Positions 14,601-24,229 of a stretch of 64,000 nucleotides of DNA are shown here, in pieces; position 1 is the first letter of the stretch; every line of letters starts with the position of its first letter. Below the pieces are notes generated by a model. It had not been told where the DNA came from, did not search any database, and saw only the letters and a program-made list of their open reading frames with translations. Source of the DNA: Psilocybe cubensis. Lineage: Eukaryota. The stretch lies in assembly GCA_017499595.2 (NCBI GenBank), contig CM039004.1, positions 930,001 to 994,000 of the forward strand. Reading direction: 5' to 3'. A program made the translations under genes and the position numbers.

Positions 14601-17600
14601 AAAAAAACCGAAAAAAAACAAGATCAAGAACAAAAACGAGAAACAAAAAACACTCACTTCGCAGCTTCAATCTGATCCCTCGTCTCCCAAAATCCAAGGT
14701 TTCCTTTGACCGGATTACGCAATTTACGCCCTTTGAACCCCGTACCGCGTCCGTCGACCGTGACAGTGATATACTGCAGCCCGCACGCAAGATACTCGTG
14801 CCAGTCCCGACTGAACCTCTGATCCACGAGCTGGCTTACCGGGCCTCCGTACCTGCAAGGTGCGTCAAGTGCGTCAAATGCAAGGGTTCGCACAAAAAAA
14901 AAATATAGAAGGTTCGTTTCAATTCGCGAAACGCATCACAATTTTTTGGTATTTTTTTCGATTTGGGAATAGAATCATCAATGCGGGTGCGATGGTGATG
15001 CCACGTCCCACGTCGTACCGGATTCCGAGGGCCCATGGGTCGCATCCGATGACGATACAATCCGGTCGATTATAGATGACGCATTGAGAATTGAGGCCGG
15101 CGGGTGAAAATAGGGGGTTAGAGCGACGATGATGATGAAAGACGTTGGGGGTTGCGAGTCGAGACCCCCGATCATCAGACAAGGAAGACCCAGAGCAAAA
15201 TGACAGCGGGCGTGTGTGCATGACCAAAGATAGATAAAAGGGAAAGGGAAAAGGTTACACACCCATGAGTAGTAGTGCCCATTCAATTGCGCAAACGAGG
15301 CGGGGGAGAAGTGAGAAAAATATGCATGCGCCCGATTAAAGAAGAGCAAGGAAGAAGTCAGGTGTAAGAAGTAAAGAAGAATGGGGGAGACCAAGGAAAG
15401 AATACAGAAATTAGAGGATTGATTAGCAGCATTCGTATGTTTTGTGGCCCAAGCCGCGGCAAAGTGACAGAAACAATCGATCGCGTAGAGAAATTTCCAA
15501 GAACAAGATGGCGCGATGGATTATGACGATTATGAAGATGGGGGTAGATGGCGGCCCAGATGGAACGCCGAGGCGTACAAATGCGTTTGTGGTTGGGTTA
15601 GCGATATTAAAAGTCGCGCACAGAGGTCATTCATTGAGGCAGCATAAATTGAGTTGATCCAGACACGCCCAGACAAATAGCCAAACAAGCACATGTCGGT
15701 GATGTGAAGAGAGAACCAAAAGAAGAGAAGACGACCGCCCAACATGATACAAAGTGTATGTCATGACATTATAGGCATGTGTTGACCAAGTCATTCGCCG
15801 AGGTAGATAGGACAGGTCGGTGGTCACAACCAGGTGGATGATTGATGGCGAGCCGGGTCGAGTTGGTAGGAGGCACAAGGCGACCGTTGGTTTGTCATTC
15901 GGAAGATTGTGGTCAAATCAAGAATCCAGATAGTTGTCGATTCGTCCGACAAGATCGCCAGTATGATGAGTGTTCCATAAGATACATTGAAACACAGAAA
16001 CAGGACCACGAGACAGGCCAGTGTGCAGGACATTAGAGGACAAGAAGATGAAAAGAGGTTAACGTGACATGGTCAGCAAAAGCAACTACATCAAAAGATA
16101 CCGGTTTAAACAGCGACTTACACACGGAATAGTACAGGATACTTTGTCCGCCCTGAGTCATCCATTCGAGGTGGCCGAAGCTCCTTTACATTTAATTCTG
16201 TGAAAAAGGTAAGGCGGTATATATAATGGGGAAGAAACAAGGGTACCATTTCCGTCAATGATGATCGTGGAATGTACGATATTCGCTGCTTCATACTCCT
16301 GGGTCGCGTTGTTCAAATCGTTGTTGGATTCCAAAACAAATTCGAAGTCTGGAATGATACGGATATTAGTATTCGAGGTCCAAAAAAACGTACAAATGTA
16401 TAGAATAATGCAGGTGTACGCAGCCGTAAAATTAAGTAACCAGCATTCGGTTTAATCGGCGCGAAACCAGTGTGGCAGACCGGCTAGTCAATAGAAAATT
16501 AAAAAATACAAAACTTACCAGTCTTATTGGCGTCAACGACCTTGGTCCAAGGTGTTCCCGGTCCAAGATAGCCTAACACGTAAAAGCCCGCCTCTGGCGA
16601 GAACTTAGCGTTGTAGTAGCTCGGTTTCGTAACATCCGTCAGGGGTTGAGGTTCCACCGCCTTCTGAGAGCTTGAAGTAGGTATTGGCACGGAGAAGAGG
16701 TGTCTCTCTGTCGATGGTTTAGCAGCAACGAAGTATCTGTGGTTCAGGTGTTGTGTCAAATGGATTTTAGATGGAGCCAAACAATGCACTACTCACACCA
16801 AACCTTTCTTCGCATCCACGCCTCTAATATTGCCTGCAACTTCCCATTCTCCGCTCGTAAGGAATTGTGGAGTTTTGGAGTTGGCGGGATTGAATAATGC
16901 AATGTGGTTGTAGCCATCAGGTGTTGGCACAATGTCCAAGTAAGCATTAGTGCCTGCAAATGCCGACAACGCTACGGGAACTGGGTATATGCTTTGATCC
17001 TGTCCATAACAATCGAGGGGTGTTAGTAAGCATTGATTTATAGAGGGAAAGAAAACAAAAGACCAACATGGTCAATCCATCCGCTATCTCCTTGTTCGCC
17101 GTTTTTTCCAAGTTTTCTGACAACAGTGCCTCGTGCTCGAGCCAAAGAGTCGCCTTCCAGCTCAAATAACACAACGTTGCCATCATCTGCATTTCTATTT
17201 ACTTCTTTCAGCATCAATGAAGAATTTCCCACCCAAGTGACTTCCGAGATGATGCTGTTCGTAATGGGATGTCGTTGATCCCAATCAAGAGTGAGTATCT
17301 CGTATTTAGCATCAATGCCAGAGCCCGCGTCGATTTCCAGGTACTTTTCGAGGTCGAATATGTGCACAGAGACGAGTGGGTTAGGGTATCCTGGTTTAGG
17401 ATACTTCATGACGACTTCCTCTGTGTATGGAATTACAGCATTGGCATCTTCAGTCGGATTGTATATCGGGAACGTGAATTCCGGCACCGCTGTTTCATCA
17501 AGGGCAAGGAAAGCAACCTTCTTGGAGTCTGGCGACCACCACAAGGCATAATCAGCGGAAAAGATTTCTTCTTCATAAACCCAGTCTGGGACACCGTGGA

Positions 17601-18792
17601 ACAGGGAAGCGTTGCCGGTGGTTGTTACACGAATGGGGGTAGCTTTTGGACTAGATGAACAATAATGAGATGGACAATACACTGAACAAGGTCAAAGCCA
17701 CGTACTCCGCAGACGGGAGAATATAGAGATCGTTGTCCGTCACGAACGCAATAGCATTTCCGGTAGGTGCCCAGGTAGCGTATGCAGTCTTAGAAGGGTT
17801 GGAAGGGGGTATAATAGGATGTGTTGTCTTCTGTGCAATGTCGTGTACGTAGTAATTTCCAAAGCTAGACCAACGCCATTGCTACCAAAAGAATATCAGT
17901 AGTTAGCAACAAAAGCACAAAACCTCAATACCTTTCGATAATCTGCTTTCACAAGTAGATACTTCATGTCGTCAGACAATTTCCAGTTTGAAATCCATAA
18001 AGGGTTTCCATGTTCCTGTGAAACATCAAAGTGAGAGATTCCTTCAAGGAGTAAAAAGAGACGAAAGGTACATCTTGAACATCTGAATTTCTGACGAGAT
18101 TCGTTGTGGTATTGGATTTAAGATCCACAAGCTTTATGTATCCACCTTCTGACAGAGAAAAGACGCCATCTCCAGCTATTTCGGACAAACTATGAGCGTT
18201 CTTGATAACTGCTATATATGTGTAGCGCACCTTCTGCAACCCAATTCAAGTCCGGCTGACGGGCCCAGAAGGTTCCGTTGAATATGTGATCCATTGTGAT
18301 CCTTCGACGGCCGGGTGTGAAGTAGGATTTGCCGCTGTATGCAAATCCAGCAAGTACACCAATCAAGGCAGCCAAAGAGACCAAAGTGACGAGAATAATA
18401 GCAAGGAGTCGGACGGAAGAGCGGCTCTGAAACCAAAGAAAGTTATACTTTCCAGTCTCAAGTCACAGAGTACTTCACGAACAGACCTTCTCATAAGTCG
18501 CACTTCGACGTGGACTTACATCTCCCCTCTCTGCCCTTCCTGGAGAAGTTGGTACCGATTTATTGACGGGAAGCAATGACAGGCTCTCTGCGTCATCTTC
18601 TTGGGAGCCGCGTCTCACAATTATGTCGTCCTCGTCGTCAGAACTTGGGGGGTCAAAGGGTCCTTCTCCATAGTAAGTTTGTGGTCTAACGATGAGAGGG
18701 TCGACCAGTCCTGAGCCGGTCTGGCGCATTTCTGGTCCATTCGAGGGACCGGAGTGGTCGAGAGGCGTGCCTTCCTCGCCAGAAAGTCGCAT
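11635..18792 (-). CDS. Type II membrane dipeptidyl aminopeptidase (peptidase S9B, DPP IV; Ste13/Dap2-like)
   Basis: Cytosolic N-tail, TM segment [55 protein letters not shown], catalytic GW|SYGG (Ser), GDDNVH (Asp) and SDHSI (His). C-terminal exons are 14852-14658, 12518-12464, 12173-12099, 12034-11790 and 11737-11635. Confidence 0.95.
12519..14657 (-). other. 2139-nt microsatellite-rich intron of the dipeptidyl aminopeptidase gene
   Basis: Donor GTGAGT at 14657 and acceptor (T)nGGTAG at 12519 join [25 protein letters not shown] in frame. Confidence 0.85.
14853..16121 (-). other. 1269-nt spliceosomal intron with a 1231-nt AG-free zone and a 5'-proximal branch site
   Basis: Donor GTAAGT at 16121 and acceptor TTGCAG at 14853 join ...YPVLFRV|YGGPVSQ in frame. 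Branch-like GCTGAC lies at 16077-16072. There is no CT dinucleotide on the + strand between 14855 and 16085. Confidence 0.9.
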
Positions 18793-18885
18793 TTCCCGAG
18801 TTATGGGAGAAAGGAATAAAAAGATGGTCGTGGCCCGAGCAACAAGTTGGTAGGCAGTTAATTATGCGGCCAGTGCTAAATAACA

Positions 18886-18896
18886 CCTAACCCTAA
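18886..18896 (+). promoter_or_regulatory. Telobox-like CCTAACCCTAA motif in the 244-bp divergent promoter between the aminopeptidase and SYS1
   Basis: Almost two telomeric CCCTAA units sit in a short head-to-head intergenic region; function is inferred only. Confidence 0.3.
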
Positions 18897-19036
18897 AGTG
18901 GTCACAGCCACGCGGTTTGTTGATTGTGCCCCTTGTAACTCGTTTGGAAACTCCTTGTCGCGGTATTCTCACCTCCTACCATACCGTATGGAAATTCTGC
19001 AGGTGCTGGGTGCTGCAGTCGCAAGAATTAAACGTA

Positions 19037-19867
19037 ATGGCACCTGCTAAGACTACTTTGTCGAACTGGGACCCTGTATTACTTCTGTCTCAAGTGAGTC
19101 GTGTCCAGGACTTGATTTAACTATGAAATTGAATATTCCATTTGAATCACAGATTTTCTCCATGCAAGCACTACACTATTTGACATTATCAATAATTGTA
19201 CCTCCACTATTAGCCACCTTTGCCGATACAGCATCATTGAACTATGAAGGAGGGGCGGCCAGTGTGGGTGAGTTGGAATTGGACATGCTGTTATGGCCAT
19301 TGTTAAATCGTTTGAGTAGGAATGATTATGGACTGGCGGCAAATGGCAGGGAGACCCACTGTCATTGGTATGCCCATAGGAGAGAAGTGGTGGGCGTGGA
19401 GCGGAGGTCGTAAAATCGGATATGGATGGAGAGAAGATCAATGGGATGGAAAAATGGACCCTATGCGCGGGTGGATAATTGCTATCTGCTGGATAGTGGC
19501 TTGTTCCGCCGAGTACGTCGACTTTTAAGTTCTTTATTTCTTTCATGCTAATTTCCGCCGGACGCCAACCGGACGCAGCATTTATTACCTGTACAAGCTT
19601 GTTCGCCGGCCACGACTTATCCTTGACTTTGCATTAACTCTTGTATTCAACCATCTTGTCCTCACGACTTACTATTCGGCGGCGCTACCAACATCACTCT
19701 TTTTCTGGCTTGTGCTTCTTGGCGGGGCAGTTCTTACTATCATAGTAGCTGAACAACTTTGTGTGAAACGAGAGATGGCAGAAGGTTTGAACGTGGCACC
19801 GATTCGACCTGAAGATATTCAGGTGGAAGAAATGGAAATGGGCGGCCTATTACCCAGGATAGATTGA
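19037..19867 (+). CDS. SYS1: Sys1 family Golgi integral membrane protein
   Basis: MAPAKTTLSNWDPVLLLSQ|IFSMQALHY... later YKLVRRPRLILDFALTLVFNHLVLTTYYSAALPTSLFFW and AEQLCVKREM, matching the Sys1 pattern; 4 exons. Confidence 0.85.
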
Positions 19868-22800
19868 ATTCCAGGAAATTTTAATGATGATGATTATCTT
19901 AGGCAAGTTTCACTTCATTTGGAATCCCTTTTTTCTTTGACGAACATATAGTAAACAGATCGACTATCACACACCATGTATTGTTAGGTACGAACTAATC
20001 ACTTGTTGACGACTTCAAATAAATATATACGTATACCCGTCGCATCGCCCTTGCATGTTGGCCGCAAGCACAGTGCCTCGAGCACCCTTGGACAATCAAA
20101 CCTGACTACCGGAATGAAGCCTTGCTGATATTATGCAGTAGTGAGAATCACTTCATTACAATATCTATCAACCACTTGAAGGGGCTTTGAAATCGAAGGA
20201 ATCAATGCTGTCACATATCTAAACCTTACTTCCAAGGGATATTTCGAACGATTATATGCTGTATGTTGATGCAGTTGCTTTGCGAGTGATTCTCTGTGAT
20301 TCTCCTATAATACTGCAATGGCGTGACCGAAATTGCAATGAGGAGCGATTATGTAACCGATCCCTTTGTTTTCTTTTGACCACTACCATCGATTTCAATC
20401 AAGGAGGACAGCCTTCATATATGCGTTTTCGACCAACCAAACTGCGCGTTAAGATCAAGAACCAATCCTACCTTGTCATATTCTCTGGCCACTGGAATAC
20501 CTGCTAAATCATTCCACTGAGATCTACATTATCTTAATCGATCAAAGGCGAGTTACGTCCGGATGTCTGCATCGTAAAACAAAGGGTCTTTGGCTTCATG
20601 TGAAGGTATGTTGTAATAAAGTGTTCTGTTTACTAGGCTGTTCTTCACTGGTTTATACTATATAGTAGGGTGCTTTTTCACATATCTTTCAATAATCTTT
20701 GTCTTGTTGAGACTTTGGCTTTGATCCCCGTTTATCAAACCTTCAGTATACCGCCCTTGTGCAGAAGGGGAGATCGATCTCAAAATACAGGACCCCAGTC
20801 CTCTGTTGGCTTTAGCCGTTGCGTAGATTCAAGGAATGTCTCTGGTTTCTGAATGCCTATCTGGCAGGAACTTCCTCATTTTTATAATGATTCACGCACA
20901 CACCAATCTCGTGGACAATCATTCAGCGGGCTTGTATTTTTGACACTTCATTCAATAACGGTTGCGAACGTGCAACTAAATACGAAACTCGGTCGAAAGA
21001 GAAGGTTTAGTCTGTCATACTACTCTTCCGAAGTTGAAAGGCTCTAATGGAGAGTAACGCACAGACTTCGGGTTGTTCAAGTTATGACGTGATTCGTTTT
21101 CACGATCCTAACTTGCCAATTTCGAATCGTCATTTTAGCATTCTTTTTGACACGTCGCACGCCAATTCTGCTAGGTCATTCAACTAGACACCCTACGAAG
21201 ATCGCTTCAATGCACACTACTCTGTGCACTTGTGCCGAATAGTGCTAAAGGTGAATGAAAAATGTAGCAGTCTTTTTGCCTCTAGTTAAATCTAAGCTGT
21301 TCAGAGCAATTTTTTATCTCAAGAAATTGGACATGTGGTATGCACCACTTTCTGGGGTCGTTGGCAACATTTCTGCCACATTCATTAATCCAGTTGAGGC
21401 TCCTAAAACACATAGAACGTGAGTACGCATTTGATCAACATTGGGATTTGGATTCTTATTCGTCTCTTAGAAAGAAAAACAATTTTCCCAGATCATTCTA
21501 TCTGAATATGTTTTTCTCACACGCTACTTTGACCGCGTTATTTCCGCCATTTACACCCTACACTGTGAGTCAGTTGCTCATTGTTCTTTCACGAAAATCA
21601 ACTCCGATGGCGCTCATCAGATTTCTGTCGGCATCTGCTCACTAAAATACCCGTATTTTTCCATGCCCGTCTTCTCAGCTCCCGCCACATAGACTGAACT
21701 TTATTCGCTGGGAAGTAATAAATCATAATAACAGTTTCTCCAAGAAACACCATCTACAACTGTGCATACACGGTTTAGCCCTGGTAAATCACAAATTCAT
21801 AAAAGATTCCTTCAATTAATCTTTGTCGATTGTATCTTGAGAGATGGAAGGCTGGAAAATAAAATCTCGGTTAGCGCAGTTCAGTTGGTATGAAACCTGC
21901 ACTGGGGAAACATATTACTGACCATGCTGCCAATAACTTTTAGAGTATTTATTGCCGGCGCTAATGACTGCCCACGATGAGCAGCTATTTATCTGACATT
22001 TAGCGCCTATATGCCAGTGGGCGCGGTGGGCGCCAATCTGTTCCTTGACCTCTGCTTACTTCGACTTCCCTGGCGGCACGGACATGTGGTTACTTAATTC
22101 CGACAACCGGATATACTGTTTTCATTGTGACTCCGGTTCATACCATTGACTCGGGGAAAAACATGTTGTAGGGTCAGGCGACACTCTTCGGTCTAGTCTC
22201 CCCATTTCAAGGCTCTTTGTCGATCAAAAGAGGGATGGGGTGTCTCATGAATCACTGAATCTGTATCCCATTTTACGGATTACCGATTGCTGGCCGAGAT
22301 GGCTGCGGAAACCATTAGTTATCGATGACGAAGCCCATTACCGTTTTCTCAAAACGACCCAAATCCGTTATTTATGTACCGTGCACAGCTTCTTCGGGTC
22401 AGGTCTAGTCTACACATTACCTTTGGAGGATTGAGACCCGAACCGACGATGTGTACACAACTTGACTATTCTGGTATATCGCTTTATCGCCATAACGCCA
22501 GCACAGTCAAATCGCCCATCTCATTCTGTCCCCCTGATTGATTTGGCTGATGGATGGCTTATTCAATGAACCTTCAAAGCGAGGATGCCGGGATTGAAGC
22601 GGAATCTTGCTTTCCTGTACTTTCTCATCGGGGTCTGTTTCTTCATGGAGTGGATGTAGTGGATTTGTCAACATCCGAGCTTTCCAATATATATGCGCAG
22701 GTTAGTGCGTTTGTATGATTTTCTTGTCCAACTTCCATGGCTGATGATATTCTTCGTGTCAAATCTGATCAAATGGAAAGACTGCGAGATGGAATTTGAA

Positions 22801-24229
22801 TCTTTTGCTGTGACTTCTCATCATTTCCACAGCTATGGGTATGCCAATTTCACCAACCACATACCCCTATAATGGTGTCTTGTGGTGATGACGTTTTTCA
22901 TAGTAGTGCCAGCATCGGGCATTCTCGGGCCGTCGTGAGATAACTTGCGACGTTATTGCTATGCGAGGCGAACATTGAGGCGCCAAACTTGAGTCTTTCC
23001 CGGGGTCGTGGTCCTCGATGGGGATTGGAATCATGCTCTGGCCGACAATTACGTCCTTTGCTCGTTCCCCATCGGCCGACCCGCCCCATGAAAGCTTCGC
23101 CCATATTGCATATCGAGCATGAGTTGTCGCTAAGTTATATAGCAGAGTCAGCATTCAAGATATTCTCTGTCTTGTAACATGGGCCCATCTCGCCTCATTT
23201 CACCCTGCTAAAGATCCGCTAACACCCGTTTGGCGTAAATCCTATGATCTTCCGAACGTCCTCTTGTCAATGAGAACACTCCCGGACGTGCGGCATCTAT
23301 TGGCGTCTGCTTTCAGCTCTTCCATTTCAGTATGAACGATAACTAGTTATCCAGTCCTAGACAGGAGTGATTGTACGGATTCTTGATAAGGTGGATATAA
23401 GTGTATATTTGCTTCTCTAGGTGAATCATTGATATATGAACACACGCGAACATGTGGCCTCATTCTTTCCTTACAATAGGCTTATTTTACATATGGGGTA
23501 CCGCCCTTCCAATCACCGTATAATCGTGTTTTTGCAATTGTGACATAAGTATTCTTGATGTTAATTTCGTGACCACGATTTTCAACGCCGAAGTAATTGG
23601 TCAAGGTCAGACTACGACCGCGTATATCCTCCATTCTAGAAACGGGTAATGCACAGTCACAAATACTGCTCACGGTTGCGCTCAGCCTGGTACTCTGACT
23701 TATTTGTAGCCTGGTCGACTCTGTATGACTCCGTTTCCGCAAAAATGGCATTGGGTCCTTCGCATACTGCGACGTCTTGATGGTTTGAACCCCGTTTAGA
23801 AACCGATTCGCTCAGGGTCTCATTCTTGGGTAAGTTACGGCTGGGGCAAATAACGCCTCATTTCAACGCCACTCCAGTCCGCCTACGAAATTGGCTGGGA
23901 AACGTAAATCCGGCGGACATCTGGACGGGCTACAAGTAATGTAGTTATCCAGCGAGAAGTGGCTATGAAGGATATTATTATAAGGTGGCTGTTTGTGTGA
24001 CTCTTATACAGTAGGCGGGATGTGCTGATCTCAAGATTGACAGAGGAGAGGTCGCACGGTCAAATATATTTCGCATCGGGAAAGGGTCGAAAAGTAGGGG
24101 CCGCGGTCAAAACCCTTGAAGGCGTTACCCTTCCATGCAACGAGGCATATACACATCACGAATCCATATAAGGGCTGAGCCTATTATTCTTGTTCGCGTT
24201 CTCTTTTCCCTCTCTTGCTTTCTACAACT

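Larger units (their letters stand above)
6390..15420. repeat. Microsatellite / low-complexity-rich domain (stuttered short repeats in intergenic DNA and introns)
   Basis: (TGCAATG)n near 6581-6610, CTCTCGA/CTCTCAA repeats near 6390-6445, ATCAAGA/ATCAAAA repeats near 7480-7527, (GAT)n near 7771-7791, GAATGTGTAACGTG repeats near 7795-7850, A-tract near 13531-13565, (AACC)n near 14523-14545 and many more; intergenic and intron DNA is purine/A-rich on the + strand. Confidence 0.85.

Noticed and set aside
12155-14790. Long Phe/Leu-rich ORFs on the minus strand (384, 239, 205 and 194 aa)
   Set aside because: They lie in T-rich introns of the aminopeptidase; stop codons are scarce because of composition, and only the short true exons look coding.
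18886-18896. CTAACCCTAA as a telomerase RNA template
   Set aside because: It sits in a 244-bp promoter just upstream of SYS1 with no recognisable pseudoknot or CR4/5; a promoter telobox is the simpler reading.
22566-22813. Two-exon 55-aa ORF (MNLQSEDAG...) in the 4.3-kb gap before the BCS1-like gene
   Set aside because: Short, weak acceptor and no homology cue.
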